From: the human T2T-CHM13v2.0 reference genome, Homo sapiens
Reading direction: 5' to 3' (one strand)
Length of the DNA: 64,000 nucleotides
Assembly (NCBI RefSeq): GCF_009914755.1
Contig: NC_060932.1
Below, in pieces: positions 16,271 through 29,035 of this stretch. The notes under the pieces were generated by a model. The model did not search any database and was not told the DNA's origin. It saw only the letters and a program-made list of their open reading frames with translations. Numbering within the stretch: position 1 is the first letter of the stretch; each line of letters opens with the position of its first letter. A program made the position numbers and the translations under genes.

Positions 16271-17318
16271 GGGAATGAACTCAGACTCAAAACTGAGGCC
16301 TCAGAAATATACAGACCTGTCTGATGGTCACTAACAAAAAAATTTAAAAAAAAAAACAATACCATATCACAGAACATAGACCATCACCTGGCACAGAGCA
16401 GGTGCAAGCTAAATGTGGGATGATTATATATGAGTCAGCAACTCCCTCCCCTAAAACTCCTAAGGCACATACCAGCTCACATAGGACCCTTAAAGTGATG
16501 AAAAATATGTGCCACACAATCATTATTGGGGACGTTCGAGAATATTTGAGATTGAGGGTTAAAGAAGAACTTCAAATTTTTGCTAGGTGATAAGGTAAGT
16601 GCTCAGAACATCAAGATTAACAAATATGCCACACTAGTGTGAATGGGCAAAGTATTGAATACTTGGGTGATTTTAATGAAAGAGTTTTGTAATGTTTGCT
16701 TATGGCTCTCTCATTCCTTTGAAAAACACAGGAGTAACCAGTGGTCTTTGTCAGAGAACAAATTCAAACCAAACTGCTAGACTCTTGTACTCCAATGGTT
16801 ACTGACCTCCAGTAACTAAAGCTTTGGTACTAGGTATAGTTAATCATACCTAGTTATTTCTTCTCTTAGAATCACTTCTCTCCCGCAAAAAGCTGCTCTG
16901 TCCCCTGAGAGAAAACATATGTGGAAGCATGCCACCACTTCACACGCCTAGATACAGCCCAATAGAGATACAGCTCATGTTTTGTTCCCAGAATTGTCCC
17001 CAATCATAAGAAGAATGGCATCTGTTGGGTCTGGCCCAGCCATTCACCAAATACAAAGTCTGCAGTAGATATCAGAAGGCTATGCTATAAATCAAGCTGA
17101 AGTTCCTGTTCTATATGAACCATTTCAAAACTAGTTATATAAAACCAATTAATGTGAATAATTAATTAAAATGTCAAGAATACAAAGCTCTGATTTTGAA
17201 GAAATACTGATAAGAGACATTTTGCTAAATTATCATTCAATAAACACACATCGAATTTCTATGCTGATTTTATCACTACTTAACGAAGTTTATAATTATG
17301 GGAAAGAAGTCTAATAAT

Positions 17319-17432
17319 GGAGTGACCATATGTCCCAATTTGCCCTGTATATAATCTCAGGTTACATATGATGTTCCAGGCTAATTAGTTTCATGCTTCA
17401 AAGTGTCCCACTCTGGATAGCAAATAACACGA
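17319..17432. mobile_element. MER94 (hAT-Blackjack) fossil
   Basis: ggagtgaccatatgtcccaatttgccc...aaagtgtcccactctggat. Confidence 0.65.
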
Positions 17433-17589
17433 CTAGTAAAAAGACATGTAGCCTCACAATAATACCAATGGTAGATGTTAAACAGCAAAAAAGAACATGT
17501 GAATTAAATGTTAAGGTGCTCCCAGGAGGTAAAGATCACTTCACACTAACGCATTTCCACTATAATTAAATTTTGAGAAGTGACAAAAA

Positions 17590-18410
17590 AATGTGCTGCA
17601 GGTATAGAGAATGTTAAGAGCAAACACTGGTTGGGAAAGAGTGAAACATATTCAGCGGAAAATGGTCCTCTAGTTTTAGAAACAATTTAGTGAGGTTGTA
17701 AGATCAGGGACTGTACAGTTGAATGTAGGCCAGACCACTGAGGACCTTCAAAACTCAGCGAAGAGGTTTGAGCATTATTTGGCAGGAAGAGTGGAGAAAC
17801 TACAGAACTTACAGGCATTAAGTAACACGCTCCAAATTTGTTTTGAGATTTTTTTTTTAACAGAATATTTTGAATTTTCTTTTTTTTCTTTTTTTAAATT
17901 TTATTATTATTATATTTTAAATTTTAGGGTACATGTGCACAACATGTAGGTTACACATGTATACATGTGCCATATTGGTGTGCTGCACCCATTAACTCGT
18001 CATTTAGCATTAGATATGTCTCCTAATGCTATCCCTCCCACCTCCCGCTACCCCACAACAGTCCCCAGTGTGTGATGTTCCCCTTCCTGTGTCCATGTGT
18101 TCTCATTGTTCAATTCCCACCTATGAGTGAGAACATGCGGTGTTCGGTTTTTTGTCCTTGCGATAGTTTGCTGAGAATGATGGTTTCCAGCTTCATCCAT
18201 GTCCCTACAAAGGACATGAACTTATCATTTTTTTATGGCTGCACAGTTGTTTATTGCGGCACTGCTCACAATAGCAAAGATTTGGAACCAACCCAAATGT
18301 CGACCAACGATAGACTGGATTAAGAAAATGTGGCACAAATACACCATGGAATACTATGTTTTGAGAAATTTAACTTGGAAAGAGGTTTTAGAATAGATTG
18401 AAAGATAATT
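17590..18410 (-). mobile_element. L2 fragment interrupted by an L1PA
   Basis: ggccagaccactgaggacctt...gaggtttgagcattat...ccaaatttgttttgaga; resumes after the TSD. Confidence 0.5.
17849..18356 (-). mobile_element. L1PA4-like 3' end with 5' inversion (18248-18358) and a short 3' transduction
   Basis: cacccattaactcgtcatttagc 3' UTR; orientation switch at ~18247; TSD tgttttgaga at 17839-17848 and 18357-18366. Confidence 0.95.
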
Positions 18411-18453
18411 GGTTGTTATAGGGAAATATTTTATTTAAAAAATAATCCTTTAG

Positions 18454-18777
<324 letters not shown>

Positions 18778-18990
18778 TCCTTGTATTATTTTTAATTGGC
18801 AATTCTTATTTGTAAGTCCCAGTTGAGCAAAATTAATTAAAGCAGTCCTAACTGAAAATGCTACGTCAGAGGACTTGTGCTGGCAAAAACACCTTTATAA
18901 AGACTCCTGAATCTTGCTTGGGGAATGAAGATAGCAAGAACTAATATATCCCATAGTTTTCATGATGAAGAAGCTATGTAGAGTTGAGTT

Positions 18991-19187
18991 TAGTGATGTG
19001 CTGATAGATGATTAACAACTGTGTGTAGGAATTGGGGTGACTGGTTTGTATCGTTTGGTGATTTTCCTGTAAATGCTCTCACGATAGGGGATTTCAAGCT
19101 CTCTTCATAGATTAGTGAACATGGAGTTGAGAGAGATGCGCACAGGTGGACTCATGAACTGGTGTGAACCAGCTCCAGTACACTATT
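18991..19187 (-). mobile_element. MER63A-like hAT DNA transposon fossil
   Basis: agtgatgtgctg...gatttcaagct...gagttgagagagatgcgcaca...ccagctccagtacac. Confidence 0.7.
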
Positions 19188-19735
19188 AAGAGAATCCTCC
19201 CAAGTAGACCAAGGAGGCAATTTCTAGTTGTAAGTTAACTAAGAAGCCCCTTTTGAGGAATATGCAAGGTGTGTGTAAATAAAATAAAACACTCTAGGAT
19301 ACATGCCACTAGGGTCAAGCAATTAAAACCATTAATTCTAGGGTAGTAGTGGAAAAGTATATTATAATGATGCCCTCACTGGCCACTTAGTCTACCAGGT
19401 GGTTGTGCTATGGTCCACACCATACCTTTCAAAATGCACCAAGCTGCCCAGGCTATCGATAGAATGAAGTTAGAAAACACAACAAAGTGGGTCCATGAAC
19501 GAAACCAAGGCTAAGTCATTCTGACTTTGAGTGTAGAGATAATAGTCCGTGGGGTCTTGCTACAGTGATTTTGTAACTTATACTATGAGGTAAATCAAAA
19601 CTTTTATTTACTTTAAAAGTAATACATTAAAGAAAGAAAAAAGAACAGAGAACAACCAACCAAACAAAAACAAAAAAACAAAATCCAGGAAGAATGTTAA
19701 GGAAACCTAAAATGCATGTTTAATAACAAATCGAA

Positions 19736-20073
19736 TACACTCACTCCTTAGTATCTGACAGGGATTGGTTCTAGGATCCTCCAGAATATCAAAATTCACA
19801 GATGTTCAACCCTTTATGTAAAATGGCATAGTATTTGCAAATAACCTACACATATCCTCTCCTATACTTTAAATCATCTCTAGATTACTTATAATACCAA
19901 ATACAATGTAAATACTATGTAAATCGCTGTTATACTCTACTTTTAATGTCTATTATTCTTTATTGTTTATTGTGGGGTTTTGTTTTTATTTTCTAAATAT
20001 TTTTTCCAAATATATTCAGTCTTCGGTTGGTTGAATATATAAATGCAGAATCCACAAATACAGAGGCCCAACC
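19736..20073 (+). mobile_element. MER2 (TcMar-Tigger) fossil
   Basis: ggattggttctaggatcc...aaatggcatagtatttgca...tactttaaatcatctctagattacttataatacc...ggttggttgaat. Confidence 0.85.
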
Positions 20074-20994
20074 ATATTACACTTGCATTTCTCAGGAAAG
20101 TGAAGGGAGAACATGGAGTCAAATCAACACTTATTGAAGGTTGAATGCCTGATATAATTGCACCTGCTATGATAAATTTTGTTTAAAACTTCAGTATCAA
20201 TGATAAAAATCTTTTGACTGCATCATGGTAAAAAAAAAAAAAACATTCTTAGTAATTGAAAAGTCTATGAAAGAGAAATACACATAAAACTGGTTGTGGT
20301 CCACACAAAATTAATATTTTAATCCAAAAAGCTCTGAAGTTCTAGAAAGCGGATTAGAAGCTGTGGCTGCAACAGTTGTATATTTGTACAAATCTGATAC
20401 TGAACACACATAAAAATATACTTGCTCCAGCAGTTCACATTTTCTTTCTTTTTCTCTAATCATCAAACAGTTTTTAGAAATGTTTCAGGCACTGTAAAGT
20501 GGTTTGTAACTCAACTTCTATGTTGTATATTTTCAAAAACTTTGTAAAATAAATTATTTCTCTAAATTTGGTTTACATTTTGTTCAAAAGCAATTATAAA
20601 GCTTTAATCATTATTATAGAAATGGGCTGCCAAAAGTTCATATTTCAAAAATCTTAATTACAAATCTTAAAAACCAAGCTTAGAAACAGAATACTAAAAT
20701 CAATGCCTATACATGCAAGACAGAATTAGACAAGAAAAATTCAAGTTGTGTGTATATTTTAATATTAAAATTCTATAATGGTATTTTGGAGTATCTTGAA
20801 TTCTAGTTAGCATATTTTGATGAATCTTGTATTTTGAATTAAGTTCATATTGTTTAATAATAGAATAAAATGGCGAAGGCTAGAATTTCATAGAATCTAG
20901 TTTTGTTGAAAGATTTGATGTTTGCCAAAGTAAAGTACTTACTGAGGAAGGCTATGCTGAATGGAGTTAAAAATGTGAAAACACATTTATGTTT

Positions 20995-21278
20995 GTTTGC
21001 TTTTTTATAGAGACAGGGTCTCACTCTTTGGCTCAGGCTGAAATGCAGTTGTTCAATCATAACTCCTGGCCTCAAGTGATCCTCCTGCCTCAGCCTCCTG
21101 AGTAGCTAGGACTACATGTGTGCACCATCACACACGACTAACCTTTAAATTTGTTTTTCGGAAATACAGTGTCTTGCTCTGTTGCCCAGACTGGCCTCGA
21201 ACTCTTGGCCTCAAGAAATCCTCCCATCCTGGTCTCCCAAAGCACTGAGATTACAGGTGTGAGCCACAATGCCAAGTC
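20995..21278 (-). mobile_element. AluJ (Jo/Jr-like) with a small deletion
   Basis: gagacagggtctcactct...cctcaagtgatcctcc; TSD acatttatgttt / acatgtatgttt. Confidence 0.9.
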
Positions 21279-22659
21279 ACATGTATGTTTCTGAACAAAA
21301 AACTAAAATTAAAAATATCCACTATGTAGTATAATTTAAATTTACCTCTTGTCAAAAACCTTTACTTGTCAAAAATATTACTATATTCAGAATCAGTTTA
21401 AAGTGTTCACATTCATTCACTGTAATTACAATTTGAAGATCATTGCTGGTAATTTTATTTTAAATGTTGCAAGAGTTATTATTCTGCTTTTAAGGTTTTT
21501 AAATATTAAGACAATAAAGATGTGATATTTTGCTTTATTTTAAATGAATATTTGCAATTTTTATATTTTTGGATGGCACTTTAAAAACACTTTTCTGAAT
21601 AAAAATATTTTATTTGTTGAGGAGCACAAAAAGTACATTAATCAATTAATACATATTTTAAAAATATATAATTTTATTATTGTTATTTACCAATTACTCC
21701 CATTAAGGTTCTATTTAGGTTACAATGAGTTTTAGTCTTCATCTGGTCTTTGCATTTTTAGCTATTTAACACAAAGATCATTCTAGAATACAAATAATAA
21801 ATGTATCAAAACCCTGAAATGAGAGATAATGAGGATAGAAGAGAGAGAAGTGGAATGAAAGAAATGGAAAGATGAAAGTGGCTTACCAAATGTAGAATCT
21901 GTAGAACCTTGTGATTAATCATACACAATATAAAATTGTAAGAAAAACACACAAGGTGACTGTGCAGTATGGTCTTTAGTAGGAGTAAGATATTCAGGAA
22001 AAGGAACAATTTGATGTAAAATGGTAAATTTGAAGTGAAATGCATTATTAAGCAACTGGAAGTTTGGTCCTAGAGATGAAAAGAATAAAACATATCATTT
22101 AAAATATATATTGCCTGATACGAAAAAAAGTTAAAAAAATCCTAATTTCCAAGGACAAAAAGAGATCAAAGACAAAATTTCAAAAATAAAATATCACAGT
22201 TGCAGCCATGTGGAACAGGAAATGAAGATATAGGTGCTGAGGCCTAGGAGCTGGGCATCTGGCACACCCAGAGAAAAGAGAATTGGTCAACAATGCCTGT
22301 GACTCAAAACACTTTGCTATAAGAATGAAAAAAAGAGAGAGAGACAGATTAGGAGAATATTTTTTCTGTTGGCCTGGAAAATGGTGAGAGATTATACCAT
22401 CTATCTGATGATTTTAATTTTAAAATAAATATGCACATACACTATGAGAAATAAAATTCACTGGTCTCAGCAACGAATGAGTAAAATATCAGAATTTTTA
22501 TGGTACAAGAACTTCAACCTGAAAAATAAATGTTGAAACCAGGCCAGGAAAATAAAAGCCCTATAGTTCAGATAGAATAAACTCCAATTTTAGCTTTCCA
22601 AAGTCAAAGAATGGGTGGCAAATCCTTGAAGATGAACAAGCAATGATGGAGTTATTAAT

Positions 22660-22777
22660 GATGTAACAGTCTGTACAACAAACCTCCATGATGCAAGTTT
22701 ACTATGTAAAAAACCTGCATATGTACTCCTGAACTTAAAATAAAAGCTCAAAAATTAATAAAAAAGAAAAAAAAAAG
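22660..22777 (+). mobile_element. L1PA15/16-like 3' terminus
   Basis: ctgtacaacaaacctccatgatgcaagttt...cctgaacttaaaataaaag + A tail. Confidence 0.8.
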
Positions 22778-22899
22778 AAAATGAAGCACTGTGAAAGAGA
22801 TTGAGGTTATTTGAAAAACAAAGGAATTAGCATTAAAGATACCTCAAATAAAATACTTTAAAATTATCTGAATAACATTGTACAATAAATATCTTTTAA

Positions 22900-23740
22900 A
22901 ATCTATTTCACAGACAAGAAAAAAGCATAATATAAATAAAAGACACTATGAGATATAAAGTAGGAGACATTCAAAACCACCAATTTTAATTTTTAGATAT
23001 GAAAAATAGATTCATTCATAGAAGAAAACTCAGTGGATCAGCTATGTGGCAGATTAAATACTGTTGAGGTGAGTATTAGAATACCGGACAATATACTTGG
23101 AGAAATCACTGACAATGTAGTACAGAGATATAGAGACATATTAATATAAATGAAAAGGCAAAACGACTGAGAGTATAATTTGAAAAGTTTCCAGTAAGAG
23201 TGTAGGAGAAAATAGAAGAAAAGTAATATTTTATCAATAACATGTAAGAATTTTTCAGAAATAAAGAAAAATATAAGTACTCAGATTAAAAAAGTAAATC
23301 ATGTTCAAAGTAGAAAATAATATAAGCATACTGAAAGTAGACATCATGCTGAAACTGCTAAACATGAAAGACAAAGAGAAAATCACAAACTAACCTGACA
23401 GGAAAAAAAAAAAAAATAGGCTAACAAAAGTCATGATAATCACAAACAAAAGACTTTTGTAATGCCTAAAACAACGGAATGTATCAAACCTGAAACTCTA
23501 ATCAGGGTGAAAAATAAAGATCGTCTTAGACAAAAGCTTAGAGAATTTGTCTTTATAGACTCTTGTAGAAAATTAGTACTTAAGAATATGTTTTAGTAAG
23601 AAGAAAAATATGCCCAAGAAGTGTTAAGCGGCAAGAGGAAATGAGAATGAAGAAACTCGCAAAGAGCAAACATCTGGCTAAAACTGAGCAAGTATTTTTC
23701 AATTTAAAAAAAATAACTATGACTAATATTTGAGAATGTG
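22900..23740 (+). mobile_element. Ancient L1/HAL1 ORF1-like relic
   Basis: ggcagattaaatactgttgag...gaatttttcagaaat...tagacatcatgctgaaactg...gacaaagagaaaatc. Confidence 0.6.
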
Positions 23741-24059
23741 TTTGTTATTGTTGTCTAGTGTCTTAGTTTTCTCAAAATTGATCTGCCTAAAGCCATATGA
23801 AACTAATTGTAAAGCACTGACCAAGGGTATCAGAACTTCTAACAGTATGAAGTAAATGACAAGTTAAAAACGGTGTGAGTATTGAGAAACGAAGACGGGG
23901 GATTTTTGTAAGTAGGGGTTTACAGTTATTTTCTTCCTGCAAGACTGAAGAAAAAAACAAAATGAGTTATCCGTTTGTAGAACTTTAAAATAACTTTGAT
24001 GATAAATAGACTATGAATTTTATTGCCATTAAATAAAAATTCCATTCCCAGGACATCTA

Positions 24060-24490
24060 TTTATTTAGGACATAGCATTTGTAGCCATAAAAGCAAATCA
24101 TATTAATAAAATTGATGCTGATTTTTATTTTATTCTAGCAATAAGTAATAATCATCCTTGGATACATGGCATATAGAAAGGGCAATAACATGTTCTCATT
24201 AAAATTTGTTTCTAATAAAATATTATTTTGTTTAATAATTTCATATTAAAATACGTACTATATTTACATTGCTTTAATCAACTGTGTTCTAATAATTGTA
24301 ATAATAAATCAGTTCATAAGAAAAAATCATGTTTAGAGCACTAATGGTGACAAATATTAGTAATTTAAAAATTAAATTTGCATATATATGTAGATAAATA
24401 AAAGACTTTTAAACACAGAGGATAAATTCCATAAGGAACATGAAATTTACATGAAAGTTCAAATAAAAGAAACACTGAAAAATTCTGATT
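24060..24490. mobile_element. hAT-Charlie fragment
   Basis: gccataaaagcaaatc...tgttctcattaaaa...aataattgtaataataa resembles the Charlie transposase 3' end. Confidence 0.45.
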
Positions 24491-25626
24491 TAAAATTTTT
24501 TTAAAAACAATAGATCATGGTAAGCATTGAAACAGTATGGCATGTAGATTTTACTATATACATATAAAATAAGATTGCAGTCATTTTAGGTTGACACAAA
24601 GTGCACCTTTTGAAGTTATTTAAATTATATGAAAATATTTAGATGCTGACTTAATAATATTCTAAGTATGCATAATTTTTCACAATTTCATTGGCAGTAT
24701 ATTAGCAAAATATCTGGTGAGCAATATTCTAAAGCGTGTATATTTTTCTAGAAGATTATAGAGATATTGATTAACTTTAAATATTTTAAAAGTATTTTTA
24801 AAATAGTAAAATGTCCAACTTTGACACCACTCATGAGAAATCAGAGAAATAAAGTTTACACGTTCATTTAAGAAGGAAGAATAGGTTGGGGGGATATCCA
24901 ATGAAAAAGCATAGCAAATAAAATAAACTTCTGACCTACTTCCAGATTCAGAAAACTAAATAAAACATAACATTAAGTGACTCCTATCTCAAACACAACT
25001 CCATAGTAAGTCTCTAGGGCTAAAGCAACCAACCCAATTACATATGTCCTTAATTAAGGCTCTAGGGGTGATCTGAAAATGGACTGATGTAATGCCAGGT
25101 TTGAGAATGGAAAAAGTAAGACTGGCCAAACAAAATGATCTTCTGTCATCATCAATGAAAACATTTATTCCCAAATAGGTTCACTCTTCTGACAGTTAAA
25201 ACTTCTTTAACTTGGATTTTTTTTTCCTTCTTATAAAAGTTGTATACAATTATTACACATATAAACAATAAGAACAAAGAAACAAAGAAAAAATTCATGC
25301 ATAAAGATAAAGTCATTGTTAAGACTTTGGTCTATGTTGTATACCTATATACTAAGAGATTCCATATGTATCAAAAAAGATTAATGTTGTAACCCAGATT
25401 TTGTATTCCGGCCCATAAGGACTACTGATATTTTTCAGGCAGGGAGTACTATGTTCAGGGGCAGAAGTAGGAAGTGTGGCTAGAGGAGAAGCCATATTAT
25501 TGGACAAGGCACCAGTTAGGAAATCAGCCCAGTATTGCATAGATGGGTATGAATTAATGCATTAAAAGGCAGAGAAAACAATATTATGTGATCGCTTGGA
25601 TTTAGGGATATAGTGATGAACGGGAG

Positions 25627-25988
25627 TGTTTTAGTTTGTTCTAATATTACTATAAAGAAATACACAAGACTGGGTAATTTATAAAGAAAAGCAATTTAAT
25701 TGGCTCACATTTCTTCAGGTTGTACAGGAAGCATAGCAGCTTCTGGGGAGGTTTCAGGAAGCTTTCAATGGTGGAGCTTTGCAACTGGTTGTTTTTAAGT
25801 TGTTTAAATGCTCCTGCCATGTCCTGCCCCTGCCACATCCTCTTTAGAAAATTCACTATTGCAAGGACAGTACAAACGGGGAGATTCACACCCATGCTCT
25901 CATAACCTCCCAACAAGCCCCATCTCCAGCAATGGGGATTACAATGTGACATGAGATTTGAGTATGGACACAGATCCAAACTATAGCA
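25627..25988 (-). mobile_element. MSTA/MSTB solo LTR with an internal micro-inversion
   Basis: tgttttagtttgttc...gactgggtaatttataaagaaaag...gttgtacaggaagcatagcagc...ggacacagatccaaactatagca. Confidence 0.88.
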
Positions 25989-27100
25989 AGGGGAGATGGA
26001 GAAAGCTTAAATGATCCCCAGGTTTCTGTCTTTATTTAATCTCTTAAATATAATATTTCAGATAAATCACAAAAAAAATTATCAGTTATTTTAATTCAAT
26101 AATAGCTACACTTTAATGCATAGCTTGTTCTCTTTACTCACACTTCATTCTATTTTCTCATATTAGAACCAATTTTCTACTCAAAGTTTACTGCTGAAAT
26201 TTTTTCTCATATTGTAGCTAAACTAAAATAGGTGGCCTTCTAGCTTTTAGATGGTATGAAAAATTGATTCTCAAATTTAGTAAGATTCTCTAGATAGCAT
26301 AGCTAGTTTTAATCATCACTGAACTGAGGAGCCCATGGTAATCAAAATGATATGAATGAGTTTAAGGCTGGTTATTGCCAAATTAAGACAAGAGTAGAAA
26401 TACGGTATTTGCTGATGTGGAAAATTGGAATGCCCAGAGATAACAAAGCAGATTGTACTATATTCATTTCAGATATAGGGGTCCATGTACATACACCTTA
26501 GAACAGTCCTGCTTTGCACACTGGTACCAGGTCTATTTTTATTCATTTTATAACATAGGCAGATAAACTATGGTTACTTGAAATACATGAATAAATGAAT
26601 ACTATATCCATATAAAAACAGAACAATTATTTTTGGACTTAGCAAATTATAATAAAACTATATGTGATTTAATAATATGCATATTTATCATTAATTTTTC
26701 TTTGGCTAATACATGCATATTTAAGACTTTTAACTTGAAAATATCAAATTCTAAGTTTGAGATTTGCACATGAGCTGTAGTTTGTATTTGTTATCTTTAT
26801 GTTCTAATAAAATATTAAAATAAAGTTAGAGTTTATATTTTTACCCTTTTAAATAGAAAACTGTTAGCTTACTTTTTATTACACTTTGTACTTAATTAAT
26901 TTTTATAATTTTCAGGAGATAGAACTCAAACTGTACTGGTAATACCCTCAGTAATTATTCCAGGTAGTGATTTCTGTGGGAGCCATATGAAAGGCACGTA
27001 TAAAGAAGTGCCTATGAATTATCCTTTAAAAAATATATCTATGTTTTCTGAAGTCCAATATGCTTGTCTGATATGTATAAAGGATAAAGTAGTGCGATAT

Positions 27101-27700
27101 TGATATAAGAGTTAAGAAGAAATCACTTTGGCAGATAGTAAATATATGGGAGTCCTCAGTAAGGCTTTTCTCTTTAATGAAAACCAGCCCCAATCATTTT
27201 CTAACAAAAAGCAGCCTGTGAAGTCCAGCTGCAGACATAGACAAGCAGGCTGGGAGCTTACACAGATGAATGCCAGCAGGAACTAGGACTAGACATGTTC
27301 AAGATGGCGACTCCATCTTCCCTTGTCAACCACATGTACTATAAAGAGCAGACAAAATGGCGCTGATCAACTGGAAAGCCAATTTACATAATAAGATTAC
27401 GGTGGGGCGACCAACCTTCCCCACTCACTATGTAAATGTCAAACTTGATCTAACCAACCTGTGAGCCCTATGTAAATCAGACACTGCCTCCTCAAACTAG
27501 CATAGAAATTTCGGTGCATTCACCATCAGCTGGTCCTTTCCACTGAGAGACCTTTTTCTCCATAGAGAAAGCTGTTTCTCTTTCTCTCTTCTGCTTATTA
27601 AACCTCTGTTGCTCAATTCCTCCTGTGCCCATGTTCTAAATTTTCCTGACATGTGACAACAAACCCCAGGGTATACACCCTAGACAACCCAGCCGCTTCA
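27101..27700 (+). mobile_element. MER61-family ERV1 solo LTR
   Basis: TG...CA ends with 4-bp TSD atat/atat; tgatataagagttaagaagaaatcac, gactagacatgttcaagatggcg, attaaa polyA signal. Confidence 0.8.
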
Positions 27701-28035
27701 ATATCCTATATTTATAAACAAAAGCAAATAATCCCTGTGCTCAATAAATGCATTGACTTACAGATTCTAATGAACTCTGAACATCCTACAAAGCGCAGCA
27801 TCTTGGGAGAGAATTTTCTATTGCCACCTTTCCATAAATTAGCTTTCAAATTTCTGACCATATTTTAAAATATATATTCATTTCTCAGCTTTGTGCTTTG
27901 ATATGTGTACTTTAAAGAAGCACCTTTTCTTGAAAGTAACTGTTAATATATCCTTAAATGATGAGTTTTATTTAAAACATTTTATGTTCGCAGGAAAACA
28001 GATGTAGCATACAAATGACTACTGCTGTGTCCTGA

Positions 28036-28359
<324 letters not shown>

Positions 28360-28789
28360 CACTTCCCTACCTTCTACAGCCTCAAAATGCATACTGACAT
28401 CTAAGAAACACTTTTTAATGATGACACATGTACATCTTGAGACAAAGTTTGATTCCTGAGATCATGGTTGGTTTTACGAGCCTTTTCTAGCATTCTCATT
28501 CATGCATTCATTCAGCAAATTCATGTTAACTGCTGATCCTGTCATAGACAGTAATCCGTGGGTGAAATGAAATGACAAAGGCCTAAACTACCACTGTGGT
28601 AGTAAAGATAAAGTGGAAATAATTGGAAATAAAGAAAGAATCAGGATTGTATTTTCAGCGATTGGGTGGAAGTACTAATTGACAAAAAATCATGAAGGTA
28701 AAAAAAGGCTAAATAATGAACATATTGTGTCTAAGTTGCCTGTTGGAAAATGTTGGAACCATTCATGCTTCCAGGCATTATGTCACTGC

Positions 28790-29035
28790 ATGGGTGATAT
28801 TGTGCAGATATCAAGAACACAATTGTCTGACTACTTGGATTTGTATCTAGATTTCCATTACTTACTAGATGGTGACATGGACACGTTCCTTAATCACTTG
28901 GGAACTTTGTTTCCTAAATTGTAAAACTGATGTAGTGATAATATCTACCTCAGACAATTCTGAAGATTAAATCAAATTAAATAGGCAAAGTACTTAAAAC
29001 TCTAAGGAACATAGAATGTGCTCAGTAAATACTCT
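28790..29035 (+). mobile_element. MIR
   Basis: Core tttgtttcctaaattgtaaaactg...ataatatctacctca...gtgctcagtaaat. Confidence 0.8.

Noticed and set aside
16575-16600. Possible 8-nt microexon (gctag|gtgataag|gtaagt)
   Set aside because: Weak pyrimidine tract, frame-shifting length and no host gene evident.
19385-19410. CTCF-like ctaccaggtggttg
   Set aside because: Mismatches at key core positions.
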